This document shows, piece by piece, positions 45,085-55,317 of a stretch of DNA of 64,000 nucleotides (within the stretch, counting starts at the first letter, position 1; every line of letters starts with the position of its first letter). A model generated the notes under the pieces. It was not told the origin of the DNA. It saw nothing but the letters and a program-made list of their open reading frames with translations, and did no database searches. A program made the position numbers and the translations under genes. This DNA comes from a virus. The stretch is taken from the UHGV virus genome UHGV-0113858; one strand, given 5' to 3'.

Positions 45085-47397
45085 TTATAAAGAACAACTT
45101 TCGCAATAAGGATCTTCAGTATCCCCGGCGATAAGTGGTGCAACAGCCCTTGTCTCTTCCTCAGCTTTTGCTTTAGCATGAAGTTCCTCAGTGAGGGAGT
45201 CTCCCGCCCCAACCTTGGAGTTCAGGTAATACCATGTCTTCATTCCCATCTTCGTGGCGCGAATCAGATACCCAAGTTGTTGTTTCATGGAAATCTTACC
45301 ATCCGGCAACTGGGTATAGTCGATGTAAAGATCCGCACTAATTGCTTGCCCTGCGAACTTCTGAATGATTGCATAGGTATCAATCAAGTCATTCGTATCG
45401 ATATCCCAAGCCGATGTGTAATATTCCTTCAGCTCTTCATACTCAGGCACGATAAACAGCACAGAGCCTTGAGGGGATTTCTTGAAGATCACATGGTCAC
45501 GTACTGGATACAGGCCATTTGTTGTGTTGGTAGCCAATGATGAACTTTCGTTCGGCATATAAGCTTCCAGAACACTGTTACGGATACCACCATTTTCGAT
45601 GATTTCCTGGCGCAAAGTTTCCCAGTCCTGCTTCAGGCTCGGATTCTTCACGACACTATCAACTGCCTTATTATAGGTATCGATAGGCAACCAACCCTGC
45701 GGATACTTAGTCTTATTCATCCACGGAGCAACACCACGCTCTTTAGCCAGTCGCAGACTTGCCTTATGCAGACTGAAGCTATGCAGTTCTGCCAGATCGT
45801 GAACCAACTGCTTGCTCTCAGGAGAACCATACGCGACTTTGTGTTTCGCGATGTAGTGTGCAAGGTTGGTCAGGCCAACACCAATCGAACGACGAGATTC
45901 GGCTGTGTACTTCATGTTCTCATACGGATAATCCATGATATCCATAACGTTGTCGATCATCAGGACGGTGTAGTAAGCAACATCCTCGTATTCTTCTTCG
46001 GAAACACGACCAGCAACCAGAGAGGCGATAAAGCACAATGCAACTTCACCATCATCGATGGTCGGGTTGAAAATATTGCGCATATCTGTATACCCTTTTG
46101 TTGGCAGACAGATTTCTTGACACAAGTTAGATGAGTAAATTGTCTCAAGGAATGGCGTATGACGGTTCATTTCGTCAGGCCAGTAAACATAAAGACGACC
46201 AGTTTCAGCACGTTGAGTGATCAGTTCCATTGCCAGATCACGAGCCTTCACCCAAGTCTTTGGAATCTTAGTATCTGCTGCTACACGGGCAACCTCAGCA
46301 TCAAACTCCTGCATTGTCATTCGGAACATACCCTCATGCAGCTGAGGGGCATCCTTATACGACACCAACATCCAGTCCAGATTCTTAGCCACTCGATTCA
46401 TGAACGAGTGGTTGACACCGATCGAATAGTCCATCGTATTTATACGCTTTGAGGTAACCGTCATCGGGTTACGCAGGCGCATCAGTTCTTCAACTTGCGG
46501 GTCTAGCGCAAGGAAAGATACCGTTGCAGAACCACCACGGGATTGTTGGCGATTTTCCTTAACACCTACATCAATTCCACGGTAATAAGGGAGTTTACCC
46601 ATATGCTTGATCGTATTGTCACGAACACCATCGCCGATAGAACGAGAAGACAGATAATATCCAATCCCCGCTTGTGCTACTGTCATAGTGTACGCCACTT
46701 CACGGGCAACACCAATACTTTTAGCTGTATCGTCTGCTTTGATAATGCAACAGGATGCATATCCAGTTTTACCAGTACGCAACCCATTCAGGTACGGCGT
46801 TGGTGCATTGATTTTAAGATCAGAAAGATACGTATACAGTCTGATGACGTCATTCTTCCTGCGGGATAGTGGCATATTCTTCATAACAGCCATAGCAATA
46901 CCCATGAACATCATCTGTGGGGATTCGAACAGGATATCATTGATGTTATCTTTGATACCATACTTATCCCGGAACTGTTTCAGAACCGCATACCCATAAC
47001 TCAGGTCCTTACTGTGGTCAATGACTTGATCAAAGTTTAACAGCTCAGGTCCAGTATAGCCCATTTCTTCCCAGTACCCACGCATCACCATGTCCTGGTA
47101 AAACTCGGTAAGGCTTGGGATTTTCTTAAATCCGCCAAAAGCTTCCTTGTAGATTTGTCCAATCAGGACGCGCCCAGCCATCCGTGAATGGGCTTCGTCT
47201 TTACGACTCACACAGGCGTCGATCAATGCCTGGTTAACTTCACGAGTGGTGCAGCCGTCATACAGTCGCTTATATGCATCCATTGAGATATACGACCAGT
47301 TACCATTACCGTCATCACCAAAGATAGCGGCCTTGTTTAGACGTTCTGGTTCAAATGGAACCACACTGCCATCACTCTTCACAACTGTATTGATCAA
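45085..47397 (-). CDS. nrdA: ribonucleotide reductase class Ia large (alpha) subunit
   Basis: 770 aa. C-terminal CESCSL redox tail. ATP-cone-like N-terminus. Confidence 0.95.
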   Translation of the reverse strand: MINTVVKSDGSVVPFEPERLNKAAIFGDDGNGNWSYISMDAYKRLYDGCTTREVNQALIDACVSRKDEAHSRMAGRVLIGQIYKEAFGGFKKIPSLTEFYQDMVMRGYWEEMGYTGPELLNFDQVIDHSKDLSYGYAVLKQFRDKYGIKDNINDILFESPQMMFMGIAMAVMKNMPLSRRKNDVIRLYTYLSDLKINAPTPYLNGLRTGKTGYASCCIIKADDTAKSIGVAREVAYTMTVAQAGIGYYLSSRSIGDGVRDNTIKHMGKLPYYRGIDVGVKENRQQSRGGSATVSFLALDPQVEELMRLRNPMTVTSKRINTMDYSIGVNHSFMNRVAKNLDWMLVSYKDAPQLHEGMFRMTMQEFDAEVARVAADTKIPKTWVKARDLAMELITQRAETGRLYVYWPDEMNRHTPFLETIYSSNLCQEICLPTKGYTDMRNIFNPTIDDGEVALCFIASLVAGRVSEEEYEDVAYYTVLMIDNVMDIMDYPYENMKYTAESRRSIGVGLTNLAHYIAKHKVAYGSPESKQLVHDLAELHSFSLHKASLRLAKERGVAPWMNKTKYPQGWLPIDTYNKAVDSVVKNPSLKQDWETLRQEIIENGGIRNSVLEAYMPNESSSLATNTTNGLYPVRDHVIFKKSPQGSVLFIVPEYEELKEYYTSAWDIDTNDLIDTYAIIQKFAGQAISADLYIDYTQLPDGKISMKQQLGYLIRATKMGMKTWYYLNSKVGAGDSLTEELHAKAKAEEETRAVAPLIAGDTEDPYCESCSL

Positions 47398-47406
47398 ACT
47401 TTCCCC

Positions 47407-47637
47407 TTATTCTTCTTCAAATTGAGACAAAAACTTATCTGCCTCGTCAACATCCTGATCGTCTTTCTCGTTTTGATCTGGCGCAACGATGTTAACTATT
47501 TTACCAGAAAACTCATCATAGTAAACATCGTCGTACATTTTACTGTCATCGGTTAAATCGTTGAAGTAGAGCCACCCGGCATAATGATGCTTATCATCGA
47601 AGCCACGGTCTTTCCATTTCGTTTTTTCTTTACTCAT
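47407..47637 (-). CDS. small acidic protein (76 aa)
   Basis: ORF-track entry. Confidence 0.45.
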   Translation of the reverse strand: MSKEKTKWKDRGFDDKHHYAGWLYFNDLTDDSKMYDDVYYDEFSGKIVNIVAPDQNEKDDQDVDEADKFLSQFEEE

Positions 47638-48143
47638 TCGTCCTCCAGGCCAAATACATCGCCCAGACGAGCTTCGTCTTCAATATCGAAAGTGATTTCA
47701 AATGTCTCTGGCCGATCCCCTCGCTTGGTATACTTGCGGGTGTTAACTTTTTCAGTTACAGGGATGTCGTAAGGAAGATCTAAAACAAATTCCATATCAC
47801 TGCCTGAATAAACCCCTACATCAAGGATTTCAACACCGTTGTATATCTTCGCGTATTTATAATCAGGTCGCATTTCTCCGACAAAAATCATTGTCTTACG
47901 ATACGTCGATGGCATATTGGCACATCTTACATTTTTGTTTTGGAACACAGTTACGTGTTTAGGATTCCCATCTTTATCGGTAACCTGAAAACCGAGTGCG
48001 TATAAGGCAGCGCGGAGGTCATTATCTTTCTGAACATCAAATCCTGGGACCGTTCTCAGGAAGTCAATGGTGACCGAAATATGTTGTGGTGGCTTGCGTT
48101 TCTCTTTACTCATGTAATCTCCATTCTGCCTGACAAGGGGCAA
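47634..48143 (-). CDS. hypothetical protein (169 aa)
   Basis: ORF-track entry. Confidence 0.5.
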   Translation of the reverse strand: MPLVRQNGDYMSKEKRKPPQHISVTIDFLRTVPGFDVQKDNDLRAALYALGFQVTDKDGNPKHVTVFQNKNVRCANMPSTYRKTMIFVGEMRPDYKYAKIYNGVEILDVGVYSGSDMEFVLDLPYDIPVTEKVNTRKYTKRGDRPETFEITFDIEDEARLGDVFGLEDE

Positions 48144-48193
48144 AATCGCCCCTAATTAATATGCTTCTAAGATACGAATTAACGATATCTTTG

Positions 48194-49192
48194 TCAACCT
48201 GAAATTGCATTGTCAGGCACTAACTGGCGATGTTGTCGCCAACCACGCAGGTTACCGGACCAGAGTTGCCCTTGACGATCTGCGTGTGTGATACCTTCTT
48301 CCCAAGAGCTTGGATCACGGGGAAAGTTAATATGCCCGATAGTTAAATAATCAGAGTTCTCAATTTCCCTGTATTCTGCCATAGGTGTAGCCTGATGTTC
48401 GAATGGAGAGGCATGAACCTTGTTACCACTCACCAACTTCTCATAGATATCCAGAGCCTTTTCTTTGCTCGTATTCAGAACACGATAAGACACCTGAGCA
48501 CAACAAGATGCGGAAATAGCCAAAGCCTCTTCTAGGGTCAGCATTACAGGCTTGTTCTCTTCGTCAAGAACGCAATAGCCTTCAAATACTGCACACTCTT
48601 TGTCATCGATATCTTCAAAGCCATAAACGTGATCAACGTATGGTGTATGCCACTGTCCCGGTTCAAGAGGGTCTGGGATAGAATTATCGCTAGCCTCTTT
48701 CATTTCCTTAGCTAGTTCATAGATCGTCGGGTCAGCATCCGGGTCAACCCGCAGCCAGAAGAAATTATTCCAGTCTGTAGCGGTGACAACTGTCTTCATT
48801 CTTTGGTATGGTTCCAGAAGGCGGTTTGCAATCTGCTTGTGATAACCAGCATCTGCAAATTCTGCTGCAAACCGGGCTGCACTAAGTCCTGCGAGTTTCC
48901 ACCATTCTTCTGCCGAGTACCCATCACCAAGCTGTGCTGAGTGCTCCCCGGCATCCTGCATTCCAGGTTGGTTCTTACCAAACTTCACAGGCATTGCAGG
49001 ATTTTGCTGAACCTGCTCGATCATTTTCTTAATCGGAATAGCACGACTGCTCATCGCATTCCGACTTAACAGTCGGTGAGTCATCAACTCACTGTGAATA
49101 ATGCGTGGATATTCAAGCTCGAAAGTTGTGATCCGAGAACCAGAAGGTGAAATGCTGTCAGCTACAATTTTTACGGAAATCAAATTACTCAC
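48194..49192 (-). CDS. thyX: flavin-dependent thymidylate synthase
   Basis: HRLLSRNAMSSR matches the ThyX (R)HRxxSxxxxSxR motif. Confidence 0.8.
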   Translation of the reverse strand: MSNLISVKIVADSISPSGSRITTFELEYPRIIHSELMTHRLLSRNAMSSRAIPIKKMIEQVQQNPAMPVKFGKNQPGMQDAGEHSAQLGDGYSAEEWWKLAGLSAARFAAEFADAGYHKQIANRLLEPYQRMKTVVTATDWNNFFWLRVDPDADPTIYELAKEMKEASDNSIPDPLEPGQWHTPYVDHVYGFEDIDDKECAVFEGYCVLDEENKPVMLTLEEALAISASCCAQVSYRVLNTSKEKALDIYEKLVSGNKVHASPFEHQATPMAEYREIENSDYLTIGHINFPRDPSSWEEGITHADRQGQLWSGNLRGWRQHRQLVPDNAISG

Positions 49193-49502
49193 TCATTGCT
49201 CCTAATTTCTCAATAATCTTGTCTTGGTTTTCAGCCATACGAGCGGCGATGGCAGTTTCAACTAACAGGTCAAGTTCAGCAAGACGGTCTTTGTATTTGA
49301 TCTGGGGGGTAATAATCTCTTCCAGCTCGCGGAGAGAGAATAAGTTCAGATAGACGTCATAAAAAAGACCTTTATTAAAATCCGCATCAATCCCCATGAT
49401 ATCCGCAGTCAGTCCTGTACCTGGGAACATACCTTCAATAACACGATTCACACGAGCCGTTGCTTGTGTACGGATGTGTTCCGCCATTTCATCCTTTGTC
49501 AT
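49185..49502 (-). CDS. hypothetical protein (105 aa)
   Basis: ORF-track entry. Confidence 0.45.
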   Translation of the reverse strand: MTKDEMAEHIRTQATARVNRVIEGMFPGTGLTADIMGIDADFNKGLFYDVYLNLFSLRELEEIITPQIKYKDRLAELDLLVETAIAARMAENQDKIIEKLGAMSE

Positions 49503-49699
49503 TTTCCAACCCTCTTAATTTTGTAGTTAACATTTGGATCAAGTTCTGCCTTGAACACCAAGTAGCGGTTAAGCACATTCTTACACATGTCGCTTGTCGC
49601 TTTGAATGAGTACACGAAATTATCCTTCTCATCGAATACTTCGTACCACTTACCCTGACGGGCGATGAAATCACCGCCCTCGCATCTATTCCTTTTCAT
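49499..49699 (-). CDS. hypothetical protein (66 aa)
   Basis: ORF-track entry. Confidence 0.45.
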   Translation of the reverse strand: MKRNRCEGGDFIARQGKWYEVFDEKDNFVYSFKATSDMCKNVLNRYLVFKAELDPNVNYKIKRVGK

Positions 49700-50352
49700 C
49701 AGGAGAGGTCCAGAATAAAGTCCTGAATATGACTCCAGTCGGATGTCTCAAGGTCAATCGAGACTTTCAACTCCTCAGATTGGTCATACGGAGTCCAGAA
49801 CTTAATCTTAAGTACGTCATCTCCGAACTGATTCAGGAATTCATTGCGATCATCAATAATGACGTCAAGCTTAAGACCTGCTTTGTTCTTCGTCGCATAA
49901 AAACCATGACCAGAACCCGGCTCAAGACTGAAGAACTCTTCTGTCTCACGTTTCAAGAAGCGTACCTTAGACGAAAAGTGTCCCTTTTTGCAGTATGATA
50001 CAAATTGGTTGAAGTGACCAGCTTCAGCAAATGCGGCCACTGCTTCAACAGCGCCAGGGCGTGGTTTCAGCCTATCGTACAAATAAGGATCTTCCCAGAA
50101 CTCATACGGAGGTAATTGATTCACCTTCGCGGGTGGAAAATATTTAGAAAGATTATAGTAAGTCTTCCCCTGTGGGTTCGGGGGTGGCAAACTACAGTCC
50201 GCCTTAACGCCATACATCAGTTCCAACCAATGAAGCCAAGGAGTACCAGAATCTACAAAAGTTAGATCGACATCAATACCTATATTCATCGGTTTACGCA
50301 TCATCTTCTCCATAGCTAATTGACCTAGCCCACTCAAGGATCTCTTCTGCAC
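49699..50352 (-). CDS. HAD-superfamily phosphatase (5'-deoxynucleotidase-like); true start probably internal (about 50299-50311)
   Basis: Motif I IGIDVDLTF (DxDxT). Motif IV VIIDD. Confidence 0.5.
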   Translation of the reverse strand: MQKRSLSGLGQLAMEKMMRKPMNIGIDVDLTFVDSGTPWLHWLELMYGVKADCSLPPPNPQGKTYYNLSKYFPPAKVNQLPPYEFWEDPYLYDRLKPRPGAVEAVAAFAEAGHFNQFVSYCKKGHFSSKVRFLKRETEEFFSLEPGSGHGFYATKNKAGLKLDVIIDDRNEFLNQFGDDVLKIKFWTPYDQSEELKVSIDLETSDWSHIQDFILDLS

Positions 50353-50899
50353 AATCGATCATAGCGCCCTCTTTGTTATCAAAGTCACGTTCATGACCTC
50401 GGATACCATCAAGGTATAACCAGTTACGACTGTCATTCCCCCAATCATAACCTTTTCGGTGGATACGTGCAAGGAAGAATTCACCACCAGTCGAGTATGC
50501 ATAATCTGACAACTCTTTGATTTCCTCAGCAAAGCCACCATCTGAGAATACAATCACCTCGTCGTTGGCATAGGTCTGCTTCAGCTTTTCCACAGCAGCT
50601 TTACCGAATGCTGACTTTCCGAACAACGGCTTGATTACCTTCTCAGAGCAATGGATCATCCATTCGCGGGGAGAAACAAAGAAGCCGTCTATCATCAGGT
50701 AAGGTGTTGGTTTCTCTTTGTAGCGGCGCGTGTACAGAGAGTCCCATAGCTCGCGAGAGATACCTGCACTTCGAATAGCGACCTCAAAAAGGAGTTCCTT
50801 CACCTCTTCGTGGTTGATGTTTGGGTTACCTTTACAAAGGTACGCAGAAATCTCATCTTTACCGCTCTGTGGTGGAGCATTCAGAACAATAATATCCAT
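50294..50899 (-). CDS. deoxynucleoside-monophosphate kinase-like P-loop protein
   Basis: N-terminal IIVLNAPPQSGKDE, a P-loop variant. I call dNMP kinase from the general pattern only. Confidence 0.4.
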   Translation of the reverse strand: MDIIVLNAPPQSGKDEISAYLCKGNPNINHEEVKELLFEVAIRSAGISRELWDSLYTRRYKEKPTPYLMIDGFFVSPREWMIHCSEKVIKPLFGKSAFGKAAVEKLKQTYANDEVIVFSDGGFAEEIKELSDYAYSTGGEFFLARIHRKGYDWGNDSRNWLYLDGIRGHERDFDNKEGAMIDCAEEILEWARSISYGEDDA

Positions 50900-51084
50900 T
50901 AGTACCCCGTATACTGTTGGAGTGCATCAATGATGTCAAGACAAGCACCTAACTTATCAAAGCTTTCTTCGTTATCCTCAACCTCTACAACAGCCTCGAT
51001 CCTTACACGTAAGGATTCGATCTGCTCTCGCAGCCAATCATCATCTGCGGCATCAGGAACTTTAACAACAATTTCTCTTCCCAT
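50899..51084 (-). CDS. small acidic protein (about 61 aa; track 50899..51264 overlaps the exonuclease; SD AAGGAGATCCTATG supports the internal start)
   Basis: Manual check. UUCG-tetraloop hairpin gggc-ttcg-gccc just upstream. Confidence 0.4.
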   Translation of the reverse strand: MGREIVVKVPDAADDDWLREQIESLRVRIEAVVEVEDNEESFDKLGACLDIIDALQQYTGY

Positions 51085-51119
51085 AGGATCTCCTTTGCAA
51101 AGGGCCGAAGCCCTTAAAG

Positions 51120-52061
51120 TTAAACCAAAATATTTGACAGAAGTTGCGCTCGTTTCTCTTTCGAGAGAAGGTTTGTTCTCCCACGGCGCTGTTGCCCGGT
51201 GACCTTGTGACGGTAACGTTGGTACTTGCCAAGATTGGTGTAATGGAAACCATCCTCTATCCACTCGCTCATATCCAGAACACCATCAACATACAGATCG
51301 AAGTTAGGCAGACGAGAATCCCAAGGCATGAAGATTTCGTACAACTCTTGGTTCGATAAAACGTCGAACTTGTTATACTCTTCCATCTCATCCCAAGCCT
51401 CGGGGTTACCTTTCAAGCACTCATCCCACAGTAGGTGTCCTGGGAATTTGGTGTGCTTAGACTTCTTGTATTTCGTACACAGGCGATCGGTCAGATATTC
51501 CAGCTTGTTGGAGGTGAATCCAAACAGGGCTTTGGCGATAAGCATGGTATCGATAATACGGAAGGTTGATGGCTTATCCATTCCATTCAATAGGAAACGA
51601 GCATTGACCTTCTTAATGTCGAACTTACGGACATTATGCCCAACAACAAAATCCGCTTCATCAAGCAAGTCCCACAGGTCTTGAAGGATAGATGCATCAC
51701 TTTCCTTATCGTAGTTATCACGGATATCGCGATAAATGACCTCGTCCTGGTCAGCCCATTTGGCTACGAAAGATAGCATGTACCAGTCAGAAACCATCTG
51801 GTTAAGCCCAATTCCATTCTGCCATAGACTCCAGAGATGCCCCTTCAGCGGTGCAGTCTCGATATCTAAGAACAGGATCTTGGCTTTCTTATAGTCCGAT
51901 ACTAAGGCCTTTGTTAAAGGCGTAGACTCTGCGCTATGACGCTTAAGAACCAAACGGATGTATGACTCTCTCGACTCTTTTCCAAGAAATGTGCGAGCAA
52001 TTTCACGGTTACTCATTCCGCTTTCATGAAGTTCTATAATCTTTTTATCTACAGGTAGCAT
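51120..52061 (-). CDS. DnaQ-like 3'-5' exonuclease (DEDDy) with N-terminal HTH
   Basis: Exo I FLDIETAP, Exo II GHNVRKFD, Exo III YNKFDVL. N-terminal SNREIARTF HTH. Confidence 0.65.
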   Translation of the reverse strand: MLPVDKKIIELHESGMSNREIARTFLGKESRESYIRLVLKRHSAESTPLTKALVSDYKKAKILFLDIETAPLKGHLWSLWQNGIGLNQMVSDWYMLSFVAKWADQDEVIYRDIRDNYDKESDASILQDLWDLLDEADFVVGHNVRKFDIKKVNARFLLNGMDKPSTFRIIDTMLIAKALFGFTSNKLEYLTDRLCTKYKKSKHTKFPGHLLWDECLKGNPEAWDEMEEYNKFDVLSNQELYEIFMPWDSRLPNFDLYVDGVLDMSEWIEDGFHYTNLGKYQRYRHKVTGQQRRGRTNLLSKEKRAQLLSNILV

Positions 52062-52264
52062 TACACCTCTCGGACGAATTCAATGATATCATTCACAGCG
52101 AAATCTCTAAAGTCTTGTTTATCTAGATCATAACCTCTAATAAACCATTGAGAGTTCTTGTGATACTGGGTAGACCCATACCACATGACGGGTTCTTCTA
52201 CAGTACGATATCCGCACTTACCTCGCCAATTTCTGTAAAAGAATTTAAGTGGTTTCTTTGGCAT
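52061..52264 (-). CDS. hypothetical protein (67 aa)
   Basis: ATGA-coupled. Confidence 0.45.
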   Translation of the reverse strand: MPKKPLKFFYRNWRGKCGYRTVEEPVMWYGSTQYHKNSQWFIRGYDLDKQDFRDFAVNDIIEFVREV

Positions 52265-52739
52265 GTTTTTCCTCCGTCTGCTTGACGAACTCTGTAAGGT
52301 ATAGCAAGAGGCTGTCTTGTTTCTGAGTACCTTCGGGGATAATTATGCCAAGGTCCGCCTTAGCTCTTTCAATTATCTTCTCGTTGGTGCATCTTCTCAA
52401 AAACTTCAACATATCGTTCTTAAACCCGCCGTGAAGCGGATAGCCACTGAAGTCTTGCTCTAAGTAATCTGCCAAATTTCTAAGAGCGGTGGATAACGAC
52501 GTCTGAGTATTCTCTGAAACGTACTTCATCCAAGCCTTCAGGACATATCCCTCAAAAGTATTCACGCACTGACTAAGGACACCTCTGCATTTACCTTCGA
52601 AGTGGTCATGATCCAAGCACGGTTTGCGAAGTGGCTCGCCGAGTATAGGATCTAACCCTTGCTGCTCCAGAATCAATTTGTTTCTGAAAGCAGCAATCTG
52701 CTTTGCATCTTTCACCCAAAGTTCCGGTGTTAATGGCAC
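52245..52739 (-). CDS. hypothetical protein (164 aa)
   Basis: ORF-track entry. Confidence 0.5.
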   Translation of the reverse strand: MPLTPELWVKDAKQIAAFRNKLILEQQGLDPILGEPLRKPCLDHDHFEGKCRGVLSQCVNTFEGYVLKAWMKYVSENTQTSLSTALRNLADYLEQDFSGYPLHGGFKNDMLKFLRRCTNEKIIERAKADLGIIIPEGTQKQDSLLLYLTEFVKQTEEKHAKETT

Positions 52740-52783
52740 AACTACTGGCTTCTTCCTTGCTTTTGGTTTGGATGCTCGACTCT

Positions 52784-53398
52784 TTATTCTTTTCCTACGG
52801 ATATATCCTCCAAGAACTTCTTCCCTATCAAATATGCATCTGCGTAGTCAGCCTTTCCGGCGGCAAGAGTCATTCCATCAAGCCAACCTGGAAAATCACA
52901 ATCTACTGCTCTCACCATGTGCGATTTTTCCATTTTAACCTGACCTGTTGAGTATACCTTTTTCCCGGTCTTTTTGTCAACCTTTTCTTTAACAACTGTG
53001 CGTTCTGATTCAGGCAAAAGTGCTCTGGCATAAGCCTTCACAGAGGTAGGGGCTACAGTATGGATCGCTTGATACCCCAAAATTGCTGACTGATACAACC
53101 CGTACACAATACAGTAGAACAGACCAGCCAAATCCCGAGTGGCGCTGCCGATAGAACTAAGGCTAAGGGCCTCCATAACATATTTGTCAATCCGATGTTC
53201 TTCAGCCAAAGTAAGGATTCTGCCAACAATGAACCTAATCTGTTCATGAACATTGTCAAAATAAATAACATCCTTGTTTTTCTTGCTCTTGCTATTGTTT
53301 GAGCCTGTTCTGATCATTTCCCGGTAAACAGGCACTCCATCATCGAATATGACAACAGCACAATGGCTAAGACTCTGATCAACCGACATCAGCTTCAT
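52784..53398 (-). CDS. RuvC-like Holliday-junction resolvase
   Basis: N-terminal LMSVDQSLSHCAVVIFDDG and C-terminal DYADAYLIGKKF resemble the RuvC catalytic Asp blocks. Confidence 0.45.
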   Translation of the reverse strand: MKLMSVDQSLSHCAVVIFDDGVPVYREMIRTGSNNSKSKKNKDVIYFDNVHEQIRFIVGRILTLAEEHRIDKYVMEALSLSSIGSATRDLAGLFYCIVYGLYQSAILGYQAIHTVAPTSVKAYARALLPESERTVVKEKVDKKTGKKVYSTGQVKMEKSHMVRAVDCDFPGWLDGMTLAAGKADYADAYLIGKKFLEDISVGKE

Positions 53399-53699
53399 CG
53401 GTTACCTCCGAGTCATTTTGGTCCTTGAAGACAACAAGCGAGAATTCTTGAGTGTCTAGCAAAACGCTTGTTAACATCAACAGCTTCTCACCTTCTACCA
53501 GCTCGCAATCATCCAGAAGCAATACGGTGAATGCAACATTCGGATCAGTATAGTCATCAGTGAAAATCACATAGCAATCATCACCAGACTCAACCATGCG
53601 CCACAATCCTGTGGCGACTAAGAATTTACCCTTGACGCTGGGAACAGCCAGCGCCTCAGCATCCCTCATAACTGCCTGCATGATTAAGTTATCAATCAT
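53379..53699 (-). CDS. hypothetical acidic protein (106 aa)
   Basis: ORF-track entry. Confidence 0.45.
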   Translation of the reverse strand: MIDNLIMQAVMRDAEALAVPSVKGKFLVATGLWRMVESGDDCYVIFTDDYTDPNVAFTVLLLDDCELVEGEKLLMLTSVLLDTQEFSLVVFKDQNDSEVTDEADVG

Positions 53700-54829
53700 A
53701 TAACCCCCACACGGCGTAACTCGCTTGAAAGGGTTGTCTTATCATTTGCAGAACGTTTCATGTAGACCATCTGGAAGATGATAGATGCCCACTGGCCTGC
53801 ACTCATTTTCCGTTGTGTGCCGTCCCACGAAGTAAACTCAACACCGTTCGGGAACCAGGTTTTATACTGGTTAATGATCGCTTGCCACATGGATTTCTCA
53901 TCCTGAAGGTGTCCGATCAGATTGAATGCCGCCGTATCACCGAAACGTCCAGCGATATCGAAACACTGGTAAGGCTTGATGTTATCTGAACTGTCACCGC
54001 AAAGCATCTGGTAACCGAAGAACTTACGCCCCCATCCCTTGACCTTACTACCTTCCATCCAGATCTCTCCCATCGAATCGTCGATCAACATAGGGATCGG
54101 GTGCTTCCATGTCTTCTCTTCTGAATCGCGCATAGTATCGAAGATAAGCCCAGGGTTTCCTTTCTGGTCTTTATCAAACGATGCCACGATGTAGTTGAAC
54201 TTCCCGGTCTTCTGGTAATTCTCCCACCCCATATAAGCAAGAACAGACAGATAGTCATCTGCTTCAACACCATTGATCACCTTAGCGTTATACTTCCGGG
54301 TAACATAATCCCTTGTTTCCTGAAGAAGGAGTGGGCGTAATGTATCCTCACGATTACCCTTGTAACGCTCTGGAGCTGGGAGCATAAGGCGGAAGTTACC
54401 CTCACCACCAAGTACACCCATCCCTGTATTGCTTTCCATCTCAAGGTGTTCAAAGATAGCATTGATCTTTGTCTTCAGGATATGAAGGCAGTTTTCTACA
54501 GGTTCCGGTTCCTGAATGTCTTTAATCGTGAAGTCATCCCTACCCCACGGTACAAACACTCGGCCTTCGGCCTTTGCCTTCGCCTCCATGTTCATGTTTT
54601 GGTCTTTGATCCATCCACCGACAACTTTCTTTGTCGATCCCCAAAACTCAGTCCTGTTTTTGAAAATCTTTGTTCTTCCAGACTCAATGTGAGTGACCTC
54701 AATTGTACGCTTTTCAGCACCAGCGGCTGATACAAAGCATGTCTGGTCGAGATCCAAAGCTAATACGCAGTCTTTTGTGACTTTATTTTTCCAATCTTTA
54801 TCATACGGATATCCCACTAGCCCTCTCAA
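53696..54829 (-). CDS. hypothetical protein with N-terminal HAD-like DxDxT motif (377 aa)
   Basis: CVLALDLDQTCF. Confidence 0.45.
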   Translation of the reverse strand: MRGLVGYPYDKDWKNKVTKDCVLALDLDQTCFVSAAGAEKRTIEVTHIESGRTKIFKNRTEFWGSTKKVVGGWIKDQNMNMEAKAKAEGRVFVPWGRDDFTIKDIQEPEPVENCLHILKTKINAIFEHLEMESNTGMGVLGGEGNFRLMLPAPERYKGNREDTLRPLLLQETRDYVTRKYNAKVINGVEADDYLSVLAYMGWENYQKTGKFNYIVASFDKDQKGNPGLIFDTMRDSEEKTWKHPIPMLIDDSMGEIWMEGSKVKGWGRKFFGYQMLCGDSSDNIKPYQCFDIAGRFGDTAAFNLIGHLQDEKSMWQAIINQYKTWFPNGVEFTSWDGTQRKMSAGQWASIIFQMVYMKRSANDKTTLSSELRRVGVI

Positions 54830-55317
54830 TCTTTACTCAAATACTCGTCCAAATACCGGACATCCAATTCCCACTTTTCGCGCTTGCTTCGTTCATGATA
54901 CAAATCAAACGCTTCCTTAACATATTTCTCTGCCACAGGGCGACTAACTTCATTCACTCTCATAAAGTGACGAAGGGCAATTTCACCACGCCCACGGATC
55001 CCTGCCAAACCAATATGCTTGACTTCATGACAGGAAGGACATAGCGCGATTAGACCTATCAGAGTTATCTTACCGTCTCCGAAATTCCACTTCTCATGGC
55101 ATTCAACAGGGTGTTTTGTTCCTTTGCCCCCGCAGATTTCACATCGATAATTGGCCTTCGCATAACACTTCTTTCTGACAACATCCCACTGGGCTTTGGG
55201 GAGACGAGATCGGAGATTAGTAAACCACGCGGTCTTTGGAACTAGTTCAATCTCTAATTTCAAATCACCTCCACGTTGCAGCAACAACAATATCAATAGC
55301 TCGTTCCCAGCACTCAC
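54826..55317 (-). CDS. HNH endonuclease (track start is GTG)
   Basis: CEICGGKGTKHPVECHEKWNF...CPSCHEVKH. Zn-finger HNH. Confidence 0.6.
   Translation of the reverse strand: MSAGNELLILLLLQRGGDLKLEIELVPKTAWFTNLRSRLPKAQWDVVRKKCYAKANYRCEICGGKGTKHPVECHEKWNFGDGKITLIGLIALCPSCHEVKHIGLAGIRGRGEIALRHFMRVNEVSRPVAEKYVKEAFDLYHERSKREKWELDVRYLDEYLSKD

Noticed and set aside
43959-47397. Group I intron or intein in nrdA/nrdB/thyX (as in T-even phages)
   Set aside because: All three genes are single uninterrupted ORFs of canonical length (770, 362 and 332 aa), with no internal stop-rich or structured insert.
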